A DNA stretch of 62,808 bases, counting the filler, from Stramenopiles sp. TOSAG23-2 (lineage: Eukaryota): NCBI GenBank assembly GCA_900128395.1. It is 11 parts of 11 records of this genome, joined end to end, with 100 filler letters (N's around TTAATTAATTAA, not from the genome) between each part and the next. Parts side by side here need not be neighbours in the genome. Positions count along the whole stretch, not along the records: positions 45,809 to 51,411 come from LT650631.1; positions 51,512 to 57,110 come from LT650632.1; positions 57,211 to 62,808 come from LT650633.1; 8 more parts are not named here. One strand, given 5' to 3'. Below, in pieces: positions 46,308 through 57,676 of this stretch. Position 1 is the first letter of the stretch; each line of letters starts with the position of its first letter. Position numbers and translations under genes: made by a program. The notes beneath the pieces were generated by a model that saw nothing but the letters and a program-made list of their open reading frames with translations, did no database searches and had not been told where the DNA came from.

Positions 46308-46951
46308 AAACAATGCGTTTTATCCAAGAAAAGTATTCTAAACCAAAATTATTTTGTTTTTTAATACAAAAACAAACAAAAAAACTGGAATATCATCACC
46401 ATCATTAAAATAAATTCATATATCTATTTCAACACAGAGAAGGTAAATCTTTTCCGTGTCAACCAACAATAAAAACCATCACGCTGTATAAAACATATGA
46501 TACGGTGTGAATGGACTAACTAGAAAGGTGCACACGATAATCGATTCACTTATTTTCAAATTTATACATATGTATATATATATTATAAAGAATATTTTTT
46601 CATATTTTCATTTAAATTTAATTTTTACAAATTCAATTATTATATGTATTTCAATAATATGTATTTCAACATAGTATATCATATATATATACTTGTGCCA
46701 TTTTCTCGTTTGATTGCACGATTCCATATTCCAATGATGATGCAAATATAAAAATAGCGGGGTTTCCAACATTTCCAGGTTTTAAGGTGGAAACTGAGAT
46801 GATATTTCTTATTTCTTTGTCCAACTTCATTTTTTAGTCGTTATTTAAATGCATCGTCATCGAATAAAAAAGGAACAATTTAGATATACAATGTGTTACA
46901 TACTATGTATATACACACGAAGGAAATCATACATATCCACATCAACTCGAC

Positions 46952-48937
46952 ATGAGTGAAAAGAAGATGGAAGATGATGATCCAGATGATCCATTTAAAA
47001 AGAAACCAGAGCCTAGGGTTTATGAAGAGGATACCATATGGACAGCACCGAAAATATTACCACCAAGACATTTACAAAAAAGGCCAGAAATTTGGTATTG
47101 TGGCTTAGGGAGTATGATGAACCAAACCGCTTTAGCATTAAGGCAAGTCTATCCATCTCAAAGTTTAGCATGTCGTATCGATGGTTGTCGCAGGCGATTT
47201 ACCAGTGTCGGTGGACCAGCGACGTTGCGCCGTGATCCTTCCACTTTTGCATATGTTGTTGCACATTTAATAACGCCAGACGAACTAGAAGCATTGGAAG
47301 GACGAGAACCACCTTCCTCCTATGTTGACGGTGTTATTGATACGACGTTGGACTCGGAATGGAATGGTAAAACAATACGTGCTGCTGTTTCCGTTTCTTT
47401 TGAAAACGCGTTAACGATACATGGAGGAATGCCTACGGCAAGGTACCATGCTATGATGATTGATGGTGCAAACATGGCTGGTATGCCTGCAATCGGTATG
47501 CGCCAAATCAGAGGTTATCCATGTTTAAGACGTGTAAGAAAAGAAGAATTTAATAAGTTGAAAAGTGTACAAAATAGTCCGTTGAAATACTATCGACGTG
47601 ATGAAATTGCTGGTAAATCACATCATGTAATAGTTAATGATAAAGTTTTTCGATTAAACAAAAGTTTGATCCCAGATGATTCAACAGATTTTTACCGTAT
47701 GATCGCCACGCGAGATTATTTAGGACAAGATTATTCCTACTACTGTGTAACTCAATTTTATAATCCATATTACGGCATACAAGGTATTTTTGATCGTCGA
47801 GGGGAATATTGGGATTGGATGGAGCATTTTTTAACACGCTTCATGTTGTCTTGCTATGAGCAAGTAGGTTGGTTAACCAATGAAGATAATATGGAAGACT
47901 CTGAATTTTTAAAACGAATAGATGAATTAGTACCTCGTGAAAAGCGTATGTGGCCAATTTTATGGGGTAATATACGAGAATTACCCCCACGGGAGATGCA
48001 AAATACGAAGGATGAAGTGTGGTATGTAGGAATTGGAAGCATGATGAATTTAACAGCATTAGCGCTACGACAAATCTATCCTTCGAAAACGTTGGCATGT
48101 CGATTGCCAGGTGTTCGACGTGAATTTTATGGTTCGTCTGGAATGGCTACATTGGTATACGATTCAAATAGCGAAACGCATGCGATTGCGCATAGATTAA
48201 CCCCTGATGAACTAGCTGTTTTAGAAAGGCGAGAGCCGATGAGTAGTTACATCGATTGCATAATTGACTCGACGATAGAAAATGAATTTAATGGCATCAA
48301 GTTTCGTGTAGCCGTTTCTGTTGATTTTGGTGAAAATAGTTCGCCATGGAATAATGTTGGTAAAATCTTGCCAGCAGCACGATATAAACAAATGATGCTA
48401 GAAGGCGCAATTGAATCTGGGATGAAGCGAGCTGGAATAGAACAAATACAAAGCTATCCTTGTACACCACGTTTAACTGTTGATGAATTTAGAAAAGTTC
48501 GAATAAAAGAAGGATTTACTGCTGCTACGTTGCCTATATATTCGCGAGCGGATGTTGGGGAGGATAAATTTACCTGTATTTTTAACAATAAAATTATTAA
48601 AATGAATCCAAATATTGAAGTTGAAAATTCTGAGATGGAAATGTTTGCAAGGAGACGACAATATGAAGGTAAAGATATAACTGGCACAAGCGTTACAGGC
48701 TTTTACAATGTATTTTATGGTATAGATGGAATCAAAGATCCAGATAGTGAATATTATAAATGGGCTGAACATTTGATGTGTGGCTTTTCCTTTTTAAGTC
48801 ATGAACAAATTGGATGGTTAAAGATAGATGAAATAAAGGATAATGGTGTATTGGAGAAAGTAAATGAATTAATTAAGTATCGTCCATATCCACAGAAAGA
48901 GAAGATGCCATTAATATATGGTCAAGCAAAATTGTAA
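46952..48937 (+). CDS. Tandem [gamma-glutamylcyclotransferase-like + cytochrome b5/MAPR-like] x2 protein
   Basis: Two homologous halves, each with WY.G.GSMMN, EL..LE.REP and P.ARY..MM..GA...GM, followed by G.D, W.EH and EQ[VI]GWL. Confidence 0.75.
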   Translation: MSEKKMEDDDPDDPFKKKPEPRVYEEDTIWTAPKILPPRHLQKRPEIWYCGLGSMMNQTALALRQVYPSQSLACRIDGCRRRFTSVGGPATLRRDPSTFAYVVAHLITPDELEALEGREPPSSYVDGVIDTTLDSEWNGKTIRAAVSVSFENALTIHGGMPTARYHAMMIDGANMAGMPAIGMRQIRGYPCLRRVRKEEFNKLKSVQNSPLKYYRRDEIAGKSHHVIVNDKVFRLNKSLIPDDSTDFYRMIATRDYLGQDYSYYCVTQFYNPYYGIQGIFDRRGEYWDWMEHFLTRFMLSCYEQVGWLTNEDNMEDSEFLKRIDELVPREKRMWPILWGNIRELPPREMQNTKDEVWYVGIGSMMNLTALALRQIYPSKTLACRLPGVRREFYGSSGMATLVYDSNSETHAIAHRLTPDELAVLERREPMSSYIDCIIDSTIENEFNGIKFRVAVSVDFGENSSPWNNVGKILPAARYKQMMLEGAIESGMKRAGIEQIQSYPCTPRLTVDEFRKVRIKEGFTAATLPIYSRADVGEDKFTCIFNNKIIKMNPNIEVENSEMEMFARRRQYEGKDITGTSVTGFYNVFYGIDGIKDPDSEYYKWAEHLMCGFSFLSHEQIGWLKIDEIKDNGVLEKVNELIKYRPYPQKEKMPLIYGQAKL

Positions 48938-49263
48938 TAGAAGTAAGATGGTGATGTATGCATACATATATATATAATATCATATCATATGATATAATGA
49001 TTTATTATGATGGTATCATATGATATGATAAATATATGCATAATATTACTCGTATATTTAATTATTATACGCGGGGTACATAAAAAATAGTGTTTTTGAG
49101 CGCACTATTTTGTTTTTATTTAAAAACCCTGTTGGTAAAAAGTAATTTCTTTTTTTATTTTTTATATTTCGTATATGGTGTGTGCATATTTTTAAATACA
49201 TCATATTTTTTTAAAATATATATACGAATCGTACTGACTCTCGGTATTAAAATATAATGAGTT

Positions 49264-49360
49264 GGTTAAAATCTAAAAGTTAAATTTAATAATTTTATGC
49301 ATACTTCCCGTGCTAAGTATGATAATTATATATGCGCTCAATACTCAATCTCAAGACTAA
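49264..49360. repeat. Dispersed short repeat family, copy B
   Basis: GGTTAAAATCTAAAAGTTA..AATAATTTTA..ACTTCCCGTGCTAAGTA..GCTCAATACTCAATCTCAAGACTAA. Confidence 0.85.
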
Positions 49361-49588
49361 TATTCTATCCTATTATTAGTAAAGCTCTAATGCACCTCTG
49401 CAAACTAATACTCTACAAGCATGAGTAGGTTTCTATCCTTCCGTGTGCACTCGTTAAACGCTCAAAATATAATATACGAGTATCGTATTAAAAATATTTA
49501 AAAAAAATATTCGTGTTTTTTTCATATTCAAAAGTTCGTAAAACAATTTTATACGAAGTCGTGTACACACATCATTTTTATTCTTCTG

Positions 49589-49619
<31 letters not shown>

Positions 49620-49704
49620 TTCTCCTCTCTCAACACAAGTTATTATGTTTGAACAAACATTACACACACATATAAATATACATAATAAACACAGTGTCCC
49701 CCTA

Positions 49705-51387
49705 TTAATGTATCTCCCTCGATTCACTATCAATCCATGAAGGATCTTCATTCATAAAATCATTTCCATTATTATTTAAAAGACCTGCCCTTTCTTCAAT
49801 ACCACCTCCGCCACCACTAAGATGGTTCCTATTATTTATTCTGTTATCTATATTTCCACCTCCTGGCCGTACATTTCCTTGTATGGAACCATTATTAATA
49901 CTGCCACGATTTCCTTTTCCACTACCATGTAACAAATTTGCCTTTCGACGTAAAATGTAAGATGTGCCTGCACCTAGAAGTTGTAACAACGAGCAAATTA
50001 TTACTAAGCTAGTCATATGTAATTCCCATATGAAAACTAGCGTAATTAAAATAAATGCCATTGAACGATACAAATTGTAAACAGTGACGCGTGAACTATC
50101 CGGTATCATTGTACATTTGTAAATAGAAACGGATGGTAACAAGACTCCAGCACAAAATGAGAATAGCATGAAACCGAAAATAACTAATAGCGTATATTCC
50201 TGTAATAACATTGCTGGAAACAAACTAAATGTACCAATAATGAAATAAGGATGCAAGTTGACTTTTTCTGGCACGATGACTTCACTATTTGTCATAGTTG
50301 TCGCCATGTTTAACGTCGGCCATGATACTAATGGACATACACTTGCACCAAACATATAACACAAAATTAATATAGCAAAAACAAGATCTAATTGTATCTG
50401 CGGTGCAAATGTCTTTACGTAATTAGACCACGTAAAAAAAAAGATATAAAACGATGCATCAATCGATAATGATACTACGCCAAGTAGGAAAATATGCTTG
50501 TCTTTGTAAATATTTTGCACACCGTCAAACAATGTACTTTCACATTTCACAACACGTAAACCATCATCTGATGATAACAAACCACTACCCGTGCTACCAA
50601 CATTAACAACACGTCCCCATTGATCATTTTCATTATCTTCTAGACCATAATTTTCATTCCATAAACATCTTAAAATAAAAATGTTGAAAAATGTAATCAA
50701 AACGGAAATATCATACGACAACAATGGTCCCCCCCACCGCATGTTTCCAATTATACCTTTTCCCATTATTAAAAATGTTTCTAAATCAACAAATTGGTCA
50801 ATGATCCCACCAAGTAAACCAAATATACCTGTACAAAAATGCGTAAAAGCAAGAATGTGCAGCACTTCAGGAACATACATTTCTCTTTTTTTATATTCGG
50901 TAAACAACCAACATTCAAAACATGAGAATAAAATAGACATTTGTATACCTAATATAATACGTGAAAATAATAAACAAATGAACGAATCGAAATGGACTAA
51001 TATACAAGTGAATATATTTAATAGACAAAAAATCAATACAAAACGACGCCGACCAAAACGATCTGCAAAGGTACAAGCTAATGTGCCAAAAATAGCAGAT
51101 GCAAAGTAACTTGATGCATTTAACATTGGGATATTATCTGAGGCAATTCCATCTAACGATTTGTACACATCGTAAATTTTATCATATTGTAATTTTACTA
51201 AATATTCCGATGCAAATACTGCTGGTAAATAACCTACAAGATAAATAGATAATAATTTGTCTAAATTAGCATGGCGTCCCATATCATTTGTTCGTTGTCG
51301 AAAGATTGATTGTCCAAATCCTAACAAGGCACCAATAATCATCAATGCAAAGCATAATCCAAACAATAATGACAATGGTAAATCCAT
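49705..51387 (-). CDS. MFSD5: MFSD5 / MOT2-like molybdate-anion transporter
   Basis: ADRFGRRR, LFSCFECWLFTEY, LWNENYG and YIFFFTW are MFS_5 family motifs. Confidence 0.82.
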   Translation of the reverse strand: MDLPLSLLFGLCFALMIIGALLGFGQSIFRQRTNDMGRHANLDKLLSIYLVGYLPAVFASEYLVKLQYDKIYDVYKSLDGIASDNIPMLNASSYFASAIFGTLACTFADRFGRRRFVLIFCLLNIFTCILVHFDSFICLLFSRIILGIQMSILFSCFECWLFTEYKKREMYVPEVLHILAFTHFCTGIFGLLGGIIDQFVDLETFLIMGKGIIGNMRWGGPLLSYDISVLITFFNIFILRCLWNENYGLEDNENDQWGRVVNVGSTGSGLLSSDDGLRVVKCESTLFDGVQNIYKDKHIFLLGVVSLSIDASFYIFFFTWSNYVKTFAPQIQLDLVFAILILCYMFGASVCPLVSWPTLNMATTMTNSEVIVPEKVNLHPYFIIGTFSLFPAMLLQEYTLLVIFGFMLFSFCAGVLLPSVSIYKCTMIPDSSRVTVYNLYRSMAFILITLVFIWELHMTSLVIICSLLQLLGAGTSYILRRKANLLHGSGKGNRGSINNGSIQGNVRPGGGNIDNRINNRNHLSGGGGGIEERAGLLNNNGNDFMNEDPSWIDSESREIH

Positions 51388-51411
51388 TGTATGTATATAT
51401 ATATATATATG

Positions 51412-51511
51412 NNNNNNNNNNNNNNNNNNNNNNNNNNNNNNNNNNNNNNNNNNNNTTAATTAATTAANNNNNNNNNNNNNNNNNNNNNNNNNNNNNNNNN
51501 NNNNNNNNNNN
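51412..51511. other. Artificial contig linker
   Basis: N run around TTAATTAATTAA. Confidence 0.97.
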
Positions 51512-51729
51512 TTTATCATTGCAAGTATATCATCATCAAAATATGCTATGAGACCTGGTTTTGTAGAAGTACCAATACATATTTGTAATATACCAGGTAA
51601 ATCTTCAAAATGTGAAAGTTCATTTTCGGTCATTTGCTCAGATGTTTCAGTTGCTGTCGTTGTTGTTCTTCTTCTTCTTGTCGTCGTCGTCGTCGTTGTT
51701 GTAATATCCTCAGTAACTAACGATGCCAT
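51512..51729 (-). CDS. N-terminus of an unidentified gene cut by the contig end
   Basis: AAAATG start; frame open to the edge. Confidence 0.45.
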
Positions 51730-52523
51730 TTTTTCAACGTTTTTTGATACGAGGATAAAATATTTAAATGTACGAGGCGTATATATTTAAATTTATATAT
51801 GTATTTCTTGTTTTTTTTTTGATCTTGTATATAATCAATTCTCTCTTTGTTTATAATTTTTTGTTTCTACAAAGATTGATGATGACAATTAATCTCTTCT
51901 ACCTCTCTCTTCTATCTATCTATCTATCAACATAATATTTTGTAATGTATAAATGTGCACCACGTGCCCACCGCGTTTCTTTTTCCTCCACTTTTTTGGT
52001 GACGAGGAAGGAAAAAAGAAGTGAAAATACGTGATGAAGGTTAAGGTCCTATCAAATCATCAATAATTTATACCATAGACGAAAATTAGAATACCACAGA
52101 AATACTCTAAAACTATTCAGGCCGAAATATGATGTCCAAAAAGCAAAAGTGAAAACGATTCTAATTTCCCTTTCAAGTATACATTATGTGTCGTCATTCG
52201 ATAGGGAACTGCACAACTTACAGTAATGATGTGCAGAGGGTGCAGGCTGCACAGGCGTTGTGCAGCAGACTTTTTCCTTTTAATAAGGCTATTGGTATAC
52301 TTTTAATAAACTTATTATTAATTAAACTTAAACTATACACTTACTACTTTAAAAAATATATTACTACTGTTTGTTAAAATATAACACTTATGTGATGGAA
52401 AACCATCTTCATACATCATATGCATAATATATATAGAGAGAAAACAAGATACAAATTACACATTTACCATAACTGTAGGTAGATATGAGTCCCTAATAAC
52501 ATATTGTGATATTACATAAAATA

Positions 52524-53873
52524 ATGGCACATGATTTTACACAACAAAATATATATACAACAATAGATAAAAAAATAAGAAAAGCATGTACCGATAATAA
52601 TAGAATGGTATTAGCAAATATGAAGATTATTGATATTGGAAAATATGTAGATAAAAGGTTTAAACAATTGCATATAGAAACAAAATCTTTTGATGAAGAT
52701 GATGATAAAGACAGCCAAAAAGAACAACAACAAAATACTCCTCAATTGAAATCCGCAAAACAGTCAAATCATCAGGAAGAATCAGATAATGATGAGACGA
52801 ACAAAAATAATAACAACAATACAAATAATTTAAGTGGAATAAAAAAGCAATTACCAATCATCAATGAAAATACAAAAGCTTATATTTTCAATAATAATCA
52901 TAATCAAAATGATGATCGTAGTGGTTTTATCATTATTCCTAAATGTCTAAGTCCGGAACAACAGATATTTTGGTCCTATCATATTTTAAATGATTTATCA
53001 CAACCATCAATATGTAAATCAAATATCAAACCATCGTCACAATTTGAAAAAAATACATACAGAAAATTTGTTCAAGAATGTAGTACCACATATAAAACGA
53101 GTGGTACTGATTTAAATAATAAAAATAAACGAAAAAATAAGTATCATAAAAAGATGGAAGCATTAAAATGGTCAACTTTTGGTCATCATTTTGATTTTGA
53201 CAATGAAATGTATCATGGAAATATTTATAATAATGAAGAAAATGGTGATGATGATAATGATGATGATAAAGCTGGTTATGACTATGATTTAGATGATTGG
53301 TACAATGAATTGCCTTCAACATTTGGAATATTAGCATCTCATATAATATATTCCTTAGGTATTATTAGTAATGATGGATTACCATTTCAACCCGATACAT
53401 CTTTTGTAAATTATTATATAAATAGAGATCGAAAAGCAGGGCATAGAAATCTGGCTGAACAAGATCAACATGCACCTGTCGTTGGTATATCATTATTGAA
53501 TGATGGTATATTTTTACTCGGTGGGGAGACAAAAGATGTATTACCAATACCTATGTTATTACATAGTGGTGATATAATAATTATGAATGGAAAATCAAGA
53601 CGTGTTACACATGGTATAAGCTGCATTATAAAAAATACAATACAAAAAGATATTTTGCATGGTCTTGTAGACCATACATTAGCAAATATAACATTACCAA
53701 TACAGGATAATGATGATGATCCAAATACGAAAAAAAAATTTACTAGTATGGCATTGAAAAATTATCTTAATATTTTACGTTTGGGTATCAATATACGACA
53801 AGTATTTAAACGTCGTGATGAATTACAGCATAAGTTTTATTTTTTAAAAAATCATGAGATTACGTATTATTAA
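52524..53873 (+). CDS. ALKBH1: ALKBH1-like Fe(II)/2OG dioxygenase
   Basis: LKWSTFGHHFDF, FVNYY, GIFLLGGET, LHSGDIIIMNGKSR..HGI and RLGINIRQV. First ATG at 52524. Confidence 0.8.
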   Translation: MAHDFTQQNIYTTIDKKIRKACTDNNRMVLANMKIIDIGKYVDKRFKQLHIETKSFDEDDDKDSQKEQQQNTPQLKSAKQSNHQEESDNDETNKNNNNNTNNLSGIKKQLPIINENTKAYIFNNNHNQNDDRSGFIIIPKCLSPEQQIFWSYHILNDLSQPSICKSNIKPSSQFEKNTYRKFVQECSTTYKTSGTDLNNKNKRKNKYHKKMEALKWSTFGHHFDFDNEMYHGNIYNNEENGDDDNDDDKAGYDYDLDDWYNELPSTFGILASHIIYSLGIISNDGLPFQPDTSFVNYYINRDRKAGHRNLAEQDQHAPVVGISLLNDGIFLLGGETKDVLPIPMLLHSGDIIIMNGKSRRVTHGISCIIKNTIQKDILHGLVDHTLANITLPIQDNDDDPNTKKKFTSMALKNYLNILRLGINIRQVFKRRDELQHKFYFLKNHEITYY

Positions 53874-53978
53874 ATATTGAAATATATTATGAAATTAAAT
53901 TTACGTATATCATACGAGGTATCTCCAATATATATATATTAATTTTTTTAAAAACCAAAAATAATAATAATACAAGGT

Positions 53979-54055
53979 GGTTAAAATTTAAGTTAATAAT
54001 AATTTTACTTCCCGTGCTAAGTAATATGTGCCCAAATACTCAATCGCAAGAATAA
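53979..54055. repeat. Dispersed short repeat family, copy C
   Basis: GGTTAAAATTTAAGTTAATAATAATTTTACTTCCCGTGCTAAGTAATATGTGCCCAAATACTCAATCGCAAGAATAA. Confidence 0.85.
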
Positions 54056-54171
54056 GACTCCAAAAATAATATCTCCTAAATCTATATTTTATATCTTTAT
54101 TTCGTATTTTTTCACACGCACTGTCGTACCCGCACACACGTTTTCGCGTGTGTGTGAAAAATTTTACTTTC

Positions 54172-55665
54172 CTACAATCTACTCCCTTGATTTATTACTT
54201 CTCCACTACTACCACTTAAACGTTTGGCACATTTCAATACTTCATATTGCAAGTCTTGTGCCCTTGCATTTAATACCGATAGCTCCAATAAATTCATTGT
54301 ATATCCAATACCAATTTCCTCTCCAGCATGCCATTGACATATCGAGCCACCATAACCCATCCATCCAATATAATTCTGTCTAGTATCTTTAAAAAAATTC
54401 CAACCAGCATTGCAAAAATTTGTTTTAAATTTTAATATTGGAAGATCGATCATTGCCCTTTCATATAGATCGTTTTGTGCTTCTTTACAGCCATTTTCAC
54501 TCAATATTCTGTAATTATTGCTATTGATTTGGCCTCCACCAACAATTGATGCTGCTATTTTTGCTAATGCTCTTGCAGATGCATGTCCATTTGCTGAAGG
54601 CGTTTCCCCCATCCTTACTTGTGCATGATTGAATAGACCATGTATGGCACCACTAGATGATGAATCATCTTCTTCTTCGTCGTCGTCAACCAAAATAGCT
54701 TGAAATGGTTTGCTCTTAGGTTTCTTCTTCCCATCATCACTAGCATTACTTTTTACTTCATTCTCTATTAATAACTCATCATCCTTTTGTTGCCTACTTC
54801 TACTACCAATATCCACACCGACAAAACGCAATACGGAAAAAATATTATTCAAATTAATCCCTAGACTGATTGCGGATAAACCTAATACAAGTATTACACG
54901 CAAACCCAATGTATTTGCTGGAACTCGTCCTCCACCAAGAAATCGCGGTAATGCTAAATTTTTTAAATTAAAAAGATAATCATTTTGCAATTCCGCATTT
55001 AAAGGTGCAATACGATGATGTTCTTCTGGCGGGGTACCTATATATAACTCTTGGTTCAAATTTAAAGGGATGGTGACTTCTTCATGTAAAAATTGACCAA
55101 TTGTTCTACCTTTTTCGTCTACCCTTCGAACAATTTCATTTACTATCCAACCACGAGTAAGAGCATGGTATTGAAACGCTGTGCCCGGTTCATGTATCGG
55201 CTTTTGTTTTGCAACTATGTCTGATACACTTCCATTCCGTATTGCTTCAGCATATAATTTTGTTGCTGGGATAGAATCTTTCCAATTAGGAATACCAGCT
55301 TCGTGTCTCATAACTTCTGCAATTGTAGTATTTTCTTTTCCATTTTGACCATATTCGGGCCATATATCAACAACTCGTTGTTGGTATTTTAAACGTCCTC
55401 GATCAGCAAGCATTGCAACTACTAATGATGTTAACACTTTTGTTGATGAAAAAATATTTTGTAGTGATGTATTATCATATTTCAATTTTAAATTTGTATT
55501 TTTTTTCTTTGGCCTGGAGCCATATAAATCAATAACTTTAATTCCTTTTACATAAACACAAATTTGTGAGAATTCACTTATTTCATCTAAAAAATGTTGC
55601 TCAAACATTCCACGTACAGATTCATATCCAGGTTCACATGTCCCTTTGGTGTATTTGTATGGCAT
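54172..55665 (-). CDS. Beta-lactamase-fold serine hydrolase (class C / family VIII esterase-like)
   Basis: FSSTK (SxxK), VMRHEAG, QYHALTRGW and GWMGYGGS. Likely ATG at 55665; the upstream part of the ORF reads like AT-rich intergenic DNA. Confidence 0.88.
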   Translation of the reverse strand: MPYKYTKGTCEPGYESVRGMFEQHFLDEISEFSQICVYVKGIKVIDLYGSRPKKKNTNLKLKYDNTSLQNIFSSTKVLTSLVVAMLADRGRLKYQQRVVDIWPEYGQNGKENTTIAEVMRHEAGIPNWKDSIPATKLYAEAIRNGSVSDIVAKQKPIHEPGTAFQYHALTRGWIVNEIVRRVDEKGRTIGQFLHEEVTIPLNLNQELYIGTPPEEHHRIAPLNAELQNDYLFNLKNLALPRFLGGGRVPANTLGLRVILVLGLSAISLGINLNNIFSVLRFVGVDIGSRSRQQKDDELLIENEVKSNASDDGKKKPKSKPFQAILVDDDEEEDDSSSSGAIHGLFNHAQVRMGETPSANGHASARALAKIAASIVGGGQINSNNYRILSENGCKEAQNDLYERAMIDLPILKFKTNFCNAGWNFFKDTRQNYIGWMGYGGSICQWHAGEEIGIGYTMNLLELSVLNARAQDLQYEVLKCAKRLSGSSGEVINQGSRL

Positions 55666-55967
55666 TTTTTGATTTATTATATATACATATTGATGGTTTC
55701 GTCTTGTTTTGTATATATATATATTTTTATATATGCATTTTTTGATATTGTGCGTATATATATTTAATAGTTGAAAAGAGTCATATATGGGGTTCTTTTT
55801 CTTCAAGTGGTACGTACTAGAACCAATTACAATTGGGAGACGACTGATATATACTATAAAAGATATAAAAAATATTTTAAAAAAACTTTTTGCGACAATT
55901 GTGTGTATGATTACCACATGTCGAAACACACTCTCATAATATCACACCGTATATATATGTAAAAGAT

Positions 55968-57072
55968 TTACAATTTACTAGCAACTGTTTTTTTAGTATC
56001 TTTTGGAAGACCTTGACCTTGTGCAAGTCTACGTGCTCTTGCTTGCATACCCAATTTCGACATACGCATTCTTGTTTCATTTGGTTTTGCATCAACAATT
56101 TGTTGTGCACGTTCAAATACCATCTCCTTTGTTTGATCTGCATGCGTATTGATATATAAATCTTTAGCAGTAATTGATGTAAAAACTTTATCAGCTAATT
56201 GAGATGGTGGAATTGCCCCAGGCATTGAATGGAAAGCTTTTTTTCCTAATTCTTTATTTTGTGCTTCCATTGGACCACCATCAGTTTGTTCATATTTTGC
56301 TTGATCAAACTTGAAATGATATTAATTTTATTTATATAATAAATATTTATTATTTAAATGTGATAAAGAGCGATACATAATTGTATGATGTGTATGTATG
56401 TGTGTGTTAGATAAATTCGTTCAATTCAATGTATATATTTAAATATTTACTTACTATATTTGTTTGTACAAAAAATGGACATAATACACTTGCACTTAAA
56501 CGTGGAAATACTTCTTTATTATAAAAATCTTGTATTAATGTTTCTGTTAATGCAACGCATGAATGTTTCGATGTAGAATATGCACCGAATCCAGCTCCAT
56601 ATCCTGCCGCAGATGCAGTATTTACAATATGTCCTTCATATGAAGGATTGGATTTTGCAAGTTCAACCATCTTCGTACCGAATACTTTGGCGCCATAATA
56701 AACACCCCAGAAATTTACTTCTTCGACCCATCTCCATCGTTCCTCTTCCCCATCAAGTAAACTACTTGCTTTGATACCACCAGCAACTCCAGCATTAAAA
56801 AATGCTAAGTTTACCGAGTTAAAATGTTGTAAAGTTGCATTTAGTAATTTTTGATTATCTTCTTTATTTGCACAATCCATTGGAAACGGAACAATCTTTT
56901 GATCCCCATTTGCATGACGTGATAGATCTTTAATTGCTTTTTCAATGTCAGGCAATTTTAAATCAGCTACCACTAAATGCATCCCAGATTTAACGCATTT
57001 TTCTGCAATACCATATCCAATCCCACTAGCGCCACCAGTAACAACAGCAACTTTTCCTTTAAAATCTTTCAT
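55968..57072 (-). CDS. Short-chain dehydrogenase/reductase, 2 exons (57072-56455, 56309-55968)
   Basis: TGGASGIG, FNAG, NTAS and YSTSK. Phase-0 intron GTAAGT..TTCAAG (56454-56310) gives VQTNI|FDQAKY. Confidence 0.88.
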
Positions 57073-57110
57073 TTTTTTTAATTAAATTATTTATTAATTT
57101 AATAAACTTT

Positions 57111-57210
57111 NNNNNNNNNNNNNNNNNNNNNNNNNNNNNNNNNNNNNNNNNNNNTTAATTAATTAANNNNNNNNNNNNNNNNNNNNNNNNNNNNNNNNNN
57201 NNNNNNNNNN
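57111..57210. other. Artificial contig linker
   Basis: N run around TTAATTAATTAA. Confidence 0.97.
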
Positions 57211-57676
57211 TACCCCAATGTAATTTTTCAAAACCTTTTGTTGAATTTGTAAATGATTTGTAATTCGATATGTTGTTTTTTAAATTTGTTGCATCATTAT
57301 GCTGTTTTTTTGTACGTCGTCTTTTACGAATTTTAGACATATTTTTTTCTTGTAATCGTAAATAAATAAATTTAAATTTGTTTTAGTTTCTTTATATTAA
57401 TTCAATTTTTATTTTTATCCTTTCTTTCTGTTTTTTCTGCTTTTTCTTAATGTATATTTCTATATATGTCGTTTATATTGCTAATAATATTTTATTGTTT
57501 GTTACAGTTTGGTATTGGACATTGGACATTGGACATAAATGTTGGTTTTGTTATTTATTATATAGGACGTATAGCAGAGAGGAGGTTAAGGTTTTATAGT
57601 GCGAAGACAAAAAAACCTACCAACATTTTCCAATAATAATATTTAGCATGGAATAGCTACAACTGATTTCTGCGGA

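Noticed and set aside
39494-48937. Gene cluster or system spanning NOB1, the mosaic ORF, SCC3 and GGCT
   Set aside because: These genes lie on three different contigs, so the adjacency is artificial.
54172-55665. Antibiotic-resistance gene or bacterial contaminant
   Set aside because: Esterase-type motifs, host-like composition and an intron-containing neighbour on the same contig. Such hydrolases are common in eukaryotes.
5656-57210. Regularly spaced TTAATTAATTAA palindromes as a biological repeat
   Set aside because: Each sits in an identical 100-bp N cassette, and the intervening segments fall steadily in length (5655 to 5598 bp). They are concatenation linkers.
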